60,481 nt of DNA from Myxococcales bacterium (GTDB lineage: Bacteria > Myxococcota_A > Polyangia > Polyangiales > Houyiibacteriaceae): positions 1 to 60,481 of the forward strand of contig JAHELW010000003.1 in the NCBI GenBank assembly GCA_024643985.1. The letters are read 5' to 3'. Shown here piece by piece: positions 29,065-37,766 of the stretch. Below the pieces are notes generated by a model. The model saw nothing but the letters and a program-made list of their open reading frames with translations. It was not told the origin of the DNA and did no database searches. Position 1 is the stretch's first letter, and every line of letters begins with the position of its first letter. Both the position numbers and the translations under genes were made by a program.

Positions 29065-29857
29065 GGCGGATCCGAAAGCGATGGCAAAGAGAGAGGGTGT
29101 CGCTCGCACGCTGCTCGTCGCCCTGCTCGTAAGCCTCGTCTGCTCGTCCCTGGTCGCATCCGCGGCGGTCGTCCTGAAGCCCCTCCAAGAGGCCAACGCC
29201 AAGCTCGATGCGCGTAAGAACATCTTGGACGTTGCGGGTGTGTTCGACCCCGACCGCGACATCGACGAGCAGTTCGAAAGCATCGAGACGCGCGTGGTCG
29301 ACCTCGAGACCGGGACGTACCGGGGGGACATCGATCCCGATGCGTTCGATCCGGAACAGGCCAGAAAAGACCCGGAGCAAAGCACGGCCGTCCCTCCGGA
29401 GCTGGACGCTGCGCGCGTTGGAAGAAGGGCCGATCGCGCGCTGGTCTACCTGGTCCGAGATGGTGACTCCGTCACGCGTATCATCTTGCCTGTGTACGGC
29501 TACGGCCTCTGGTCGACGATGTACGGGTTTCTCGCGCTCGAACCGGACGGCAACACCGTGGCCGACATCGTGTTCTATTCGCACGCGGAGACGGCGGGCA
29601 TCGGGGACTTCGTCTCGAAGCCGAAATGGCGGAGCCTGTGGCCTGCAAAGCGCGCCTTCGACGAGGACGGCGAGCTCATGCTCCGCGTGGTCAAAGGACG
29701 TGTTTCACCCGACGATCCGCTGGCCGACTACCACGTCGATGGCGTATCCGGCGCAACGCTAACGGGCAACGGGGTGACGAACCTCATTCAGTATTGGTTG
29801 GGTCCGCACGGCTTTGGGCCCTACCTGCGCGAAATCCAGCAAGGAGCAGGAATATGA
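29057..29857 (+). CDS. nqrC: Na+-NQR subunit C
   Basis: [25 protein letters not shown]-attachment motif DGVSGATLT. Confidence 0.93.
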   Translation: MPEADPKAMAKREGVARTLLVALLVSLVCSSLVASAAVVLKPLQEANAKLDARKNILDVAGVFDPDRDIDEQFESIETRVVDLETGTYRGDIDPDAFDPEQARKDPEQSTAVPPELDAARVGRRADRALVYLVRDGDSVTRIILPVYGYGLWSTMYGFLALEPDGNTVADIVFYSHAETAGIGDFVSKPKWRSLWPAKRAFDEDGELMLRVVKGRVSPDDPLADYHVDGVSGATLTGNGVTNLIQYWLGPHGFGPYLREIQQGAGI

Positions 29858-30516
29858 ACCCCGCGGCCAAGCGCGCTCTTCTCGAGCCGATCGTCGACGA
29901 AAACCCCGTCACGCTTCACGTCTTGGGGATCTGCTCCGCGCTCGCCGTGACGACTTCGCTCCTGCCGTCCCTCTACATGTGCGTTGCGCTCACGGTAGTT
30001 GCGTCGCTTGCAAACGCCGCGGTCAGCGCGATTCGCGGCGTGTTGCCCGGAAGCATACGCATCATCGTCCAGATGACGATCATCGCGTCTCTGGTCATCG
30101 TGGTCGACGAATCGCTCAAAGCGTTCGCGTTCGAGACGAGCCGCGAGCTCTCGGTATTCGTGGGCTTGATCATCACCAACTGCATCGTCCTCGGCCGGAC
30201 GGAAAGCTTCGGCTCCAAGAATTCCGTGGGGCTCAGCTTCCTCGATGGTATCGGGAACGGCCTCGGATACAGCGTGATTCTGATCCTCGTCGCGACGTGC
30301 CGCGAGCTTCTCGGCAAAGGCACGCTCCTCGGATACACCATCCTTCCAAACGTCGCGGACGGCGGTTGGTACAACCCCAACGGGATGATGCTTCTGCCGC
30401 CGAGCGCGTTCTTCGTCATCGGGCTCATCATTTGGGGCGTGCGGAGCTTGAAGGTGGAGCAGGTCGAGCAGGCCGAGTTCCGGATTCATGAAGTGCACCG
30501 AACGGAGGCCCACTGA
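29854..30516 (+). CDS. nqrD: Na+-NQR subunit D
   Basis: [41 protein letters not shown]. Confidence 0.93.
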   Translation: MNPAAKRALLEPIVDENPVTLHVLGICSALAVTTSLLPSLYMCVALTVVASLANAAVSAIRGVLPGSIRIIVQMTIIASLVIVVDESLKAFAFETSRELSVFVGLIITNCIVLGRTESFGSKNSVGLSFLDGIGNGLGYSVILILVATCRELLGKGTLLGYTILPNVADGGWYNPNGMMLLPPSAFFVIGLIIWGVRSLKVEQVEQAEFRIHEVHRTEAH

Positions 30517-31127
30517 TGAGCGGTCACTACGTCGAGCTCTTCATCAAGGCGGTGTTCGTGGAGAATCTGGCGCTGTCCTTCTTTCTCGGGATGTGCACCT
30601 TCCTCGCGGTTTCGAAGCGAATCGAGACCGCATTCGGGCTCGGCGCCGCAGTCATGTTCGTGCAGCTCATCACGGTCACCGCCAATGCGTTTCTCTACAA
30701 TCACGTTCTCAAAGAAGGGGCGCTCGCCTGGGCCGGGCTTCCCGACCTCGACCTCAGCTTTCTCGGCTTGGTCACGTACATCGGTGTGATCGCGGCGATG
30801 GTGCAGATCCTCGAAATGATCCTCGATCGTCATTTCCCGCGGCTCTTTCACGCGCTCGGGATCTACCTACCGCTGATCACGGTGAACTGCGCGATCCTCG
30901 GGGGCAGCCTTTTTGCCGTCGAGCGGGACTACACCATGGGCGAGAGTGCGGTGTTTGCGCTCGGTAGCGGCTTCGGCTGGGCCCTCGCACTCGTGGGCCT
31001 TGCTGGGATTCGCGAGAAGCTCAAGTACAGCGACGTCCCAGCCGGGCTTCAGGGGCTTGGCATCGCGTTCATCATCGTGGGCTTGATGTCGCTTGGTTTC
31101 ATGGCGTTCGCCGGGGTTCAGCTGTAG
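30516..31127 (+). CDS. nqrE: Na+-NQR subunit E
   Basis: [46 protein letters not shown]. Confidence 0.95.
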   Translation: MSGHYVELFIKAVFVENLALSFFLGMCTFLAVSKRIETAFGLGAAVMFVQLITVTANAFLYNHVLKEGALAWAGLPDLDLSFLGLVTYIGVIAAMVQILEMILDRHFPRLFHALGIYLPLITVNCAILGGSLFAVERDYTMGESAVFALGSGFGWALALVGLAGIREKLKYSDVPAGLQGLGIAFIIVGLMSLGFMAFAGVQL

Positions 31128-31140
31128 AGGGGGCGGCGCC

Positions 31141-32367
31141 ATGGGTCTGCAAATCATCGCTGCCGTAGCCGTTTTCACCGGGGTGATCGTGCTGCTGTCG
31201 ACCGTGATCCTGGTTGCCCGATCGCGGTTGGTCGAAACCGGCAGCGTCACGCTCGTCGTCAACGAGGACCGCGAGTTCGTCGTGCCGGCTGGTTCGAAGC
31301 TCCTCGAGGCGCTTGCGGACGTCGGTCTCTACCTGCCGTCCGGCTGCGGGGGAAAAGGCACCTGCGGCCAGTGCCGAGTCAGAGTCCCGGTGGGTGGAGG
31401 GCCTCTGCTGCCGACCGAGGAAGCGTCGATCGGACCGAACGAGGCGGCTCAGCACGTGCGGCTGTCTTGCCAAGTCGCGGTCCGCGAGGACGTGCGCGTA
31501 TGGATTCCCGAGGAGGTCTTCGGGGTCCGGCAGTGGGACTGTACCGTGCGGTCTACGCGCGGCCTCAGCACGTTCATCAAGGAGATCGTGCTCGAGCTCC
31601 CCGAGGGCGAAGAGGTGCCGTTTCGGGCCGGGGGCTACATCCAGGTCGAGTGTCCGCCATTCCACACGAAGTTCTCGGACTTCGACATCGAGCCGAAGTA
31701 TCGAGAGGAATGGGACCGCTTGAACCTGTGGCGCTACGTCGCTGGCACGAAGAGCCCGACGACTCGAGCCTACTCGATGGCGAACTATCCGGAGGAAAAG
31801 GGGATCATCCTCCTCAATATCGGCATCGCCCTTCCGCCGCCGGGCGCGAGGGACGACGTGCCGCCCGGTGTGGTCTCCTCGTATCTCTTTCAGCTCCAAC
31901 CAGGTGACGAGACGACGATTTCCGGCCCCTATGGCGAGTTCTACGCGCGAGAGACGGACCACGAGATGGTATTCATCGGCGGTGGCACGGGGATGGCGCC
32001 GATGCGTTCGCACATCTTCGACCAGCTCGAGCGGCTCGAGACCAATCGCAAGATCTCGTTCTGGTTCGGCGTTCGAAGCAAGCGTGACCTCTTCTATCAC
32101 GAGGAGTTCACGCGTCTTGCCGAGGAGCACCCGAACTTCACGTACACCGTTGCGCTTTCCGAGCCGCAGAAGGATGACGACTGGGACGGGCCCGTGGGCT
32201 TCATTCACGCGGTGGCGTACGATGAGTACCTGGCCGACCATCCGGCTCCGGAGGACTGCGAGTACTACATGTGCGGCCCGCCCTTGATGATCTCGGCGGT
32301 TCAGAGGATGCTAACCAACCTCGGGGTGCCCGACGAGAACGTGATGTTCGACGATTTTGGTAGTTGA
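31141..32367 (+). CDS. nqrF: Na+-NQR subunit F
   Basis: CGGKGTCGQC...RLSCQ (2Fe-2S), RAYSMAN, GGGTGMAPMRSH, YYMCGPP, FDDFG. Confidence 0.95.
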   Translation: MGLQIIAAVAVFTGVIVLLSTVILVARSRLVETGSVTLVVNEDREFVVPAGSKLLEALADVGLYLPSGCGGKGTCGQCRVRVPVGGGPLLPTEEASIGPNEAAQHVRLSCQVAVREDVRVWIPEEVFGVRQWDCTVRSTRGLSTFIKEIVLELPEGEEVPFRAGGYIQVECPPFHTKFSDFDIEPKYREEWDRLNLWRYVAGTKSPTTRAYSMANYPEEKGIILLNIGIALPPPGARDDVPPGVVSSYLFQLQPGDETTISGPYGEFYARETDHEMVFIGGGTGMAPMRSHIFDQLERLETNRKISFWFGVRSKRDLFYHEEFTRLAEEHPNFTYTVALSEPQKDDDWDGPVGFIHAVAYDEYLADHPAPEDCEYYMCGPPLMISAVQRMLTNLGVPDENVMFDDFGS

Positions 32368-32558
32368 TGGTGATGCTAGTCTACGTGCTCAGCTTTGCAG
32401 CGTTTGCCTTGGCCCTCGGCGGGCTCGGCGTCGGGCTGATGATGGGGCGCGATGGCATCCGCGGCACGTGCGGCGGTCTCAACAGTCCCGAAGGATGTGG
32501 CGCCTGCGGCCGCAGGGCCGGCGAGGCCCGCGAGTGCCCGAGGGGTCGCATGCGATGA
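32367..32558 (+). CDS. nqrM: Na+-NQR maturation factor NqrM-like
   Basis: Single TM helix followed by IRGTCGGL...CGAC...C, directly after nqrF. Confidence 0.7.
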   Translation: MVMLVYVLSFAAFALALGGLGVGLMMGRDGIRGTCGGLNSPEGCGACGRRAGEARECPRGRMR

Positions 32559-32962
32559 AAGGGGTGCAAGACCTGCGGGCGAGGGACGTCATGATCAAGA
32601 AGCCCCTCGTGCTCAGCCCCGAGCGACGGCTTCTCGATGCGGTGCGGATGCTGGTCGACCAGCGAGTCCCCGGTGCCCCGGTGGTGGACGAGCGAGGCAG
32701 CCTCGTAGGTGCGCTGACCGAACGCGACTTTCTCGAGGCTCTGGTCGTCGCCGGCTATCACGCCGAGGAGGGCGGCCGAGTCGGAGACCACATGAACACG
32801 GACGTCCAGACCGTGCAGGTCGACACCAGCCTCTTCGACGTGGCCACGCTGTTTGCCAAATCAGGTTACCGATGGTTTCCGGTCGTCGACGAGAACCGAG
32901 TCGTGGGCGTGGTCGCGCGGCGCGAAGTCCTGCGGGCCCTCATCGATGCCTTTGGGCGCTGA
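32555..32962 (+). CDS. Stand-alone CBS-pair protein
   Basis: RARDVM...GAPVVD...GALTERDF...FPVVD...GVVARREVL. ATGA overlap with nqrM. Confidence 0.85.
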   Translation: MKGVQDLRARDVMIKKPLVLSPERRLLDAVRMLVDQRVPGAPVVDERGSLVGALTERDFLEALVVAGYHAEEGGRVGDHMNTDVQTVQVDTSLFDVATLFAKSGYRWFPVVDENRVVGVVARREVLRALIDAFGR

Positions 32963-32982
32963 AGGGCGAGCTCTCGGCGGAG

Positions 32983-33759
32983 CTAGCGGTCGAGCGCGTC
33001 GAGCCCGCGTTGCTCCGCATCGTCCATGCCGCGCGAGAGAAGGCCGGGAAAGAGGCCGAGCAAGCGGACGAGCTTTCCGCGCCCGCTCGGCAGCAACACC
33101 TCGCGCCGCGGCGAGCGGATCACGTCCAGCACCGCATGCGCAACGCGTTCCGGCGGCATCGGCTTTTCCGTGAATACGACCGCGCCGGCGCGCTTCTTTC
33201 GCATCCCCTGGAGCATTGGCGTTTCGACGGCGCCCGGACAGACGACCGTCCAGTGGATCGGCGCATGACGATGGTCGAGCGCGCAGCTGTGCGTGTAGGC
33301 GCGCACCGCGTGCTTGGTGGCGCAATACGCCGCGAGATCGGGCGCCGGCGCAAACGCAGCCATGCTCGCGACGTTGATGACGTGTCCGCGCTCGCGTTCG
33401 AGAAAGCGAGGCAGGAAGGCTCGGACTCCGTTCATGACCCCGATGAGATTGACGTCGATCGTGAGGCGATCGTCTTCTTCCGAGACGGCACCACACGGAC
33501 CCGGCAAGCAGACCCCTGCGTTGTTGACCAGCACGTCGATCGGTCCGCCTGCCGCCTCGGCCGTGTCGGCCGCGCTCTCCCACGCAGCGAGCTCCCGCAC
33601 GTCCAGGTTCGTGATCTGCAGTCCGGGGAGCTCCGCACGAAGCGTCGAGAGCCCGGCAGAATCGACGTCGGCCGCAACCACCTGATGCCCCGCGCCGAGG
33701 CAAAGGCGAGCAATCGCGGCACCGATCCCTTTTGCGGCGCCTGTCACGAAAACACGCAC
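32983..33759 (-). CDS. Short-chain dehydrogenase/reductase
   Basis: TGAAKGIG, NNAG, YCATK. Confidence 0.9.
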   Translation of the reverse strand: MRVFVTGAAKGIGAAIARLCLGAGHQVVAADVDSAGLSTLRAELPGLQITNLDVRELAAWESAADTAEAAGGPIDVLVNNAGVCLPGPCGAVSEEDDRLTIDVNLIGVMNGVRAFLPRFLERERGHVINVASMAAFAPAPDLAAYCATKHAVRAYTHSCALDHRHAPIHWTVVCPGAVETPMLQGMRKKRAGAVVFTEKPMPPERVAHAVLDVIRSPRREVLLPSGRGKLVRLLGLFPGLLSRGMDDAEQRGLDALDR

Positions 33760-33793
33760 GATGCCCCGGTGTGACAGATGACCGAACCGGACG

Positions 33794-34819
33794 CTACTCG
33801 AGGCTTTCGAACTCGCGCAGCTTGTCCACGAGCTGGGCGCGCGTCCGAACGTCGAGCTTTCGCATCGCGTTTCGGAGAAGAAGCGACACGCGTGACTTCG
33901 AGAGACCGAGGCGGTACCCGATCATCTTGTTCGTCTGACCGAACGCGGCGCAAGTCGCCACTTGTCGCTCACGCTCGGTCAAGCCGCGCGGATCCGTGAC
34001 GTGCGGCGCGTTTGGAATCGCGAGCACGAAGCGCCTTCCGTCGGTGTCGAACCAGTCGACCGTCGACCAGCGTCCTTGAACGAGGGCCTTCCAGATCTGA
34101 AGGGCCTTTTCCGGATCGGTTTCGCGCATCCGCCCGCGGGCTTTGTCCACGGCGATGGCAGCTTCGCGAAGCTTCTTCGAAGCGCTCGCGTGTTTCGCGT
34201 GGCCGACGGCATCGGTGATCCGATAGCTGTGCACGTCGAAGATCGCCTCGGCGTCGTGAGGCAGCTCGGTTTCACTGTCGACGAATGGCTCTCTCGCCGC
34301 GAGACCCCGTCGCAGGCGATGTCCTGCTTCGAGGTGCGCCGCGAGCATCGCCCATTTCTCCTGCTCCTGCGGCGTGAGGGTCGTGATCTCCTTCAGCGGA
34401 GCCACGAGAGCAATGCCCGCCCCCGTGGGATCGACCGTCGTAATGCCAAAGACGTCTCGGCAGTAGTCGACGTGGGAAGTATAGAGCTCGAGCGCCTCGG
34501 GATGGGCGGCGGTGCTCACCGACATCGTCGTCGCTTGACCCGGGCGCGCCTGCTCTCGGAGCATGTCCGGGGGAGTGGCGGCGAGGGCGGCCATGTGGCG
34601 CTCCGCGAAGTCTTCAGGCCCGGAACCGATGTGGATGTTGAACACCTGCACGTCCCCCTCGTCCGGGGGACGGCCATACTCGACCGCAGCGACGCCCAAT
34701 CCGCGGTCGAGGACCGGAAGACCACGCTCTAGCACCGCGGGAAGCCACTCTTGGTCGTCCAACCCGAGGTCGTAGGCGGCCTCGGTGAAATCAATAATTG
34801 CTGAGCCGACGCGGTCCAC
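33794..34819 (-). CDS. LuxR-family transcriptional regulator (C-terminal HTH)
   Basis: LTERERQVA...GQTNKMIGYRLGLSKSRV...AMRKL. Confidence 0.85.
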   Translation of the reverse strand: MDRVGSAIIDFTEAAYDLGLDDQEWLPAVLERGLPVLDRGLGVAAVEYGRPPDEGDVQVFNIHIGSGPEDFAERHMAALAATPPDMLREQARPGQATTMSVSTAAHPEALELYTSHVDYCRDVFGITTVDPTGAGIALVAPLKEITTLTPQEQEKWAMLAAHLEAGHRLRRGLAAREPFVDSETELPHDAEAIFDVHSYRITDAVGHAKHASASKKLREAAIAVDKARGRMRETDPEKALQIWKALVQGRWSTVDWFDTDGRRFVLAIPNAPHVTDPRGLTERERQVATCAAFGQTNKMIGYRLGLSKSRVSLLLRNAMRKLDVRTRAQLVDKLREFESLE

Positions 34820-34970
34820 GCGAGTCCCGCCCGTGGGCCGTCACCATCGAGTGCTTGCGCACATCAACCCACAGACGCCTTCAAAGCTGCACGAGCCGGC
34901 TGCCGAGGTCTATACGTAATTGTTTACGTCCCGATTCGGCGAGGACTAGCGCCCGCAGCGCGCAATCGCC

Positions 34971-35993
34971 CTAAAACGCCGGGACAGCGAGCACCCCGCC
35001 GCAGGCCGTTTCATTCATGTAGATCCCGTCGGCGCTCTGGCCCTTCGGGGAATTCGCGCCCGAGGTCGCCCCGATCACCAGATCCGCATCGGTATACGCG
35101 AGGAACACGCACATCTCTTGTCCGCCGAGCCCGTATTCCAGTCGCCGATCCGTGTTGTTCGCGTAGCCGCACTCGACCCGGAGCATCGGCGCCCCGTTCG
35201 AGCTGACCGGCGGATTGATGGTGGTCCCGAGCGGCTCGCCCACCGAGTTTCGAAGCTCGAAGATCGTGCGTTCCTCGTCGGCGTCGTCGACGAAGCTGAG
35301 CCGGAAGTAGTTCCCCCACTCGTGGTAGTGGGCGAGGACGTAATAGACGTTGTAGTTGGCAGGCTTGCCAAGCAAGTTTTGAAACTGCTCGCCGAGGTCA
35401 CAGGTCATCGCGAAGCGGGATTCCGCCTGCGGCTCGATGTCGAGCGCGGTATTCGTAAAGCTGATCGGGCGAAGTCGAATCTCGACGTCTTCTTCGGCTA
35501 CGGTTTGGATGTCGAAGCTCAGCGCCGTCTGTAGCGGGCTCGGCGAGATGTTCAGCAGATGAACCCCGCCGACGATTTTGTGCCGCGGCGGGATCTCGAG
35601 CACCGCGCCCTCTTGAAACGCTTGAAGCTCCCCAAGCGCCTGCGTCGACTGCGCGAAAAACACACCGCCGGCCAGCGCGGACGACACGTCGCCAAAGCCG
35701 CGTTCGTCACAGTCCCAGGTGCCGTCCGGGCCCGGATACGTATCCTCGGGCACGAAATACCAGTTCGAGTGGTGCCAGGCGCCGTCGTTCCGCTGGCGGA
35801 CCTTCGAGACGTAGAGGGGCTCTTCGTTCCCAAGCGTCCAGCTCTGGCACACGCCGCTGATCTCCGCGCCGGAGTCGATCGCGAGCGCCTCGAACGTATG
35901 CGTCATCGTCGGATCGATTTCGGGCGGAGCCGTCTCCGTGGCGCAGGCCGTGAGGCTCAGTCCGAGGACGACGAGGTACAATGTACGGCCCAT
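34971..35993 (-). CDS. Lipoprotein with type II copper monooxygenase (PHM/DBH-like) motifs
   Basis: Lipobox LTAC; HH (WHHS), H (VHLLN), HxH (HYH) and M (EMC). Confidence 0.65.
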   Translation of the reverse strand: MGRTLYLVVLGLSLTACATETAPPEIDPTMTHTFEALAIDSGAEISGVCQSWTLGNEEPLYVSKVRQRNDGAWHHSNWYFVPEDTYPGPDGTWDCDERGFGDVSSALAGGVFFAQSTQALGELQAFQEGAVLEIPPRHKIVGGVHLLNISPSPLQTALSFDIQTVAEEDVEIRLRPISFTNTALDIEPQAESRFAMTCDLGEQFQNLLGKPANYNVYYVLAHYHEWGNYFRLSFVDDADEERTIFELRNSVGEPLGTTINPPVSSNGAPMLRVECGYANNTDRRLEYGLGGQEMCVFLAYTDADLVIGATSGANSPKGQSADGIYMNETACGGVLAVPAF

Positions 35994-36059
35994 CGCACGG
36001 GAGGATCGCCGCAATTGCGACGCCTGGCAAGCCATGGGTCGAAGCATCACGAGCCAACT

Positions 36060-36105
36060 TCGGAGCGGGTGAAGAGATTCGAACTCTCGACCTCGACCTT
36101 GGGAA
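36060..36105 (-). repeat. att site (displaced 3' half of tRNA-Gly)
   Basis: TCGGAGCGGGTGAAGAGATTCGAACTCTCGACCTCGACCTTGGGAA, identical to 39154-39199. Confidence 0.92.
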
Positions 36106-36195
36106 TACTCTCTCAGCCTAGAACACCATTCGGGAAATCCAACAACATCAACCACATGAAGTCCTGCGGCGTTGCGTGCCGTCCCGAGGTGTCCT

Positions 36196-36220
36196 GTGGA
36201 AAGTGGAAGAATTCGTGGAA
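36196..36220 (+). repeat. Putative integrase arm-type sites (left)
   Basis: GTGGAA at 36196, 36203 and 36215. AAAGTGGAA-N6-GTGGAA recurs at 39064-39084. Confidence 0.55.
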
Positions 36221-36288
36221 TATTTGGCTTCGACGTTCAGAGGGTCGAAGCCTGACGCTTAGCCCAACTGCGGTGCGGTTGGCGCCCC

Positions 36289-36597
36289 TCAGGGCACGGG
36301 CGGATCGCTACCGCGTGCTCGACTCCAGACGGCAGCGATGAGAACCTCCCTCGCTTCGCGGTTGACCGAATAGAAGACTGCGTAGGGTGTGCCTTCGATC
36401 AACAACCGCCGCACGCCAGGCAACTGGATATCGTCGCATGGTCGCCCGAGACCTGGCATCCGGGAGATGTGGTCACTTGCTGCGCTGAATGCTTCTTTGA
36501 AGGTCGCTCGGGCAGCCGGCCGGTTCGCAGCCCACCAAGCCTCGAGCTCGCGCACTTGCCACTCCGCTTCGGGCGAAATGCGGACGCGGAAGCTCAC
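36289..36597 (-). CDS. Type II toxin, ParE/RelE superfamily
   Basis: 102 aa; RVRISPEAE...MPGLGR...GVRRLL...YAVFY...IAAVWS. GTGA overlap with the antitoxin. Confidence 0.85.
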   Translation of the reverse strand: MSFRVRISPEAEWQVRELEAWWAANRPAARATFKEAFSAASDHISRMPGLGRPCDDIQLPGVRRLLIEGTPYAVFYSVNREAREVLIAAVWSRARGSDPPVP

Positions 36598-36812
36598 AGC
36601 TCTTTCATGAAATCTTCAATCGGTCGGCTCTTGCCCGCTTCACCTTGCGCCAGGCCACGCCGCACGGATGCCCGAAGTCTTTCGAGGTCGTCTTCGCTTA
36701 GGCTCTCGAAGCCATCCTCGGCGCGAACGGCGTTCAGAACAGTACGCACTGCGTCGAGCTCGTCGTCGGCCAGTTCATCGATCAATGCATGAATGTCGGA
36801 CCGGGTTCCCAT
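36594..36812 (-). CDS. Cognate antitoxin (ParD-like, acidic)
   Basis: 72 aa, immediately upstream of the toxin; ends in RRGLAQGEAGKSRPIEDFMKEL, a typical antitoxin tail. Confidence 0.75.
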   Translation of the reverse strand: MGTRSDIHALIDELADDELDAVRTVLNAVRAEDGFESLSEDDLERLRASVRRGLAQGEAGKSRPIEDFMKEL

Positions 36813-36898
36813 TTCGCTCAGCTTAAGCCCGGTGGGACTGCTCGTCCAGGCTGCGGAACAGATCTGACAGCTCTCTCATTTCCACCCTGGGTCGGGCT

Positions 36899-37078
36899 TG
36901 AAGCACACTGGCTCGTCCTGCTCTTTTCTGACACACGCCGCATCTTCTTGCGCAAGAGTGGTTCGGTCTGACCCACCCTGCCGCAAAATGCGTCATCACG
37001 AGGCAAAGGGGGTCGCTTCGCTTCATATTTGCGCAGTAAGCTCCAGAATTCTTCATCGTGCGTCAAAAGGAACCGGAC
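36899..37078. repeat. 10-bp-phased degenerate array 1, (TG-NNN-CA-NNN) x18
   Basis: Counted by eye over 18 units: G at position 2 in 16, C at position 6 in 16, T at position 1 in 12, A at position 7 in 12. Confidence 0.75.
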
Positions 37079-37092
37079 TTTGTTCGGGCAAG

Positions 37093-37119
37093 GTGGAGTT
37101 TTGTTTAACAAAACTGCAC
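37093..37119. repeat. AT-rich palindrome
   Basis: AGTTTTGTT-T-AACAAAACT (37097-37115), extendable with GTG/CAC after one mismatch. Confidence 0.75.
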
Positions 37120-37162
37120 GGCTCTCGCGTCGGGTCTTCGCCCCAAGCTCGGCGGTGAGGGG

Positions 37163-37436
37163 CGCGCTCAACGCCTTCGGCTTATTCGCGCGAGGCGGCG
37201 GCCTAGAGCCCGGTCTGACGCGTGTCCTCGTGTGCGCCGGCCCGCGACGGCAGGTTTCGAATCGGAGAGTCCAATGGCGAGAAACGCTCCACCGCTTCGC
37301 AGAACTCAGGACGACCCGCAACGGCATCTGCCACCATCACGGTCGGCTGGTAGGTCGCATGGATCTGCCAGTGCGGGAGAAAGAAGTTCTTGCCCTTGTT
37401 TGGTCCGCTGCGAATAAGCCGAAGGCGTTGAGCGCG
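37163..37436. repeat. Perfect 27-bp inverted repeat enclosing 220 bp
   Basis: CGCGCTCAACGCCTTCGGCTTATTCGC (37163-37189) and GCGAATAAGCCGAAGGCGTTGAGCGCG (37410-37436). Confidence 0.9.
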
Positions 37437-37488
37437 GCAAGCGGGGATTGGGACATCTTCGATGTCCTACAATCCCACATCTTGAAAA

Positions 37489-37618
37489 TGTCGCACTTCG
37501 CTCTGAACTGACTTCTCTTGTCGCCTTCTGCATCGTTTTGGTTCTTCGTGAAGCACAATGCGTCGTTTCACTCCAAGAAGCTCCAAAGTGCGTCACTTCG
37601 TCGCAGAAAACGCCAAGA
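37489..37618. repeat. 10-bp-phased degenerate array 2, (TG-NNN-CR-NNN) x13
   Basis: 13 units: TG at positions 1-2 in 8, G at position 2 in 11, C at position 6 in 11. Same register as array 1. Confidence 0.7.
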
Positions 37619-37766
37619 GGTGAGAGCTGGTGACAGCCTCGCGTGGCACTTCTTGTCGCTGGATGACGCACTCGCGTTCCAAGCACTTCCTGCTCGCGCA
37701 ACTTTTCGGGGTGCAAAGCCGATAACAGGGGATGAGCATGAACGCGATTCCCAATCACGAGCTTCG

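Noticed and set aside
26501-32367. Rnf complex as an alternative call
   Set aside because: The A-B-C-D-E-F order, the NqrA subunit and NqrF with 2Fe-2S/FAD/NAD domains identify Na+-NQR.
36060-36105. Second tRNA-Gly gene
   Set aside because: Only the 3' half is present, with no D-arm or 5' acceptor strand; it is the att duplication.
36899-37618. CRISPR array or simple tandem repeat
   Set aside because: No 23-50-bp identical repeats with spacers and no cas genes; only 4 of every 10 positions are conserved.
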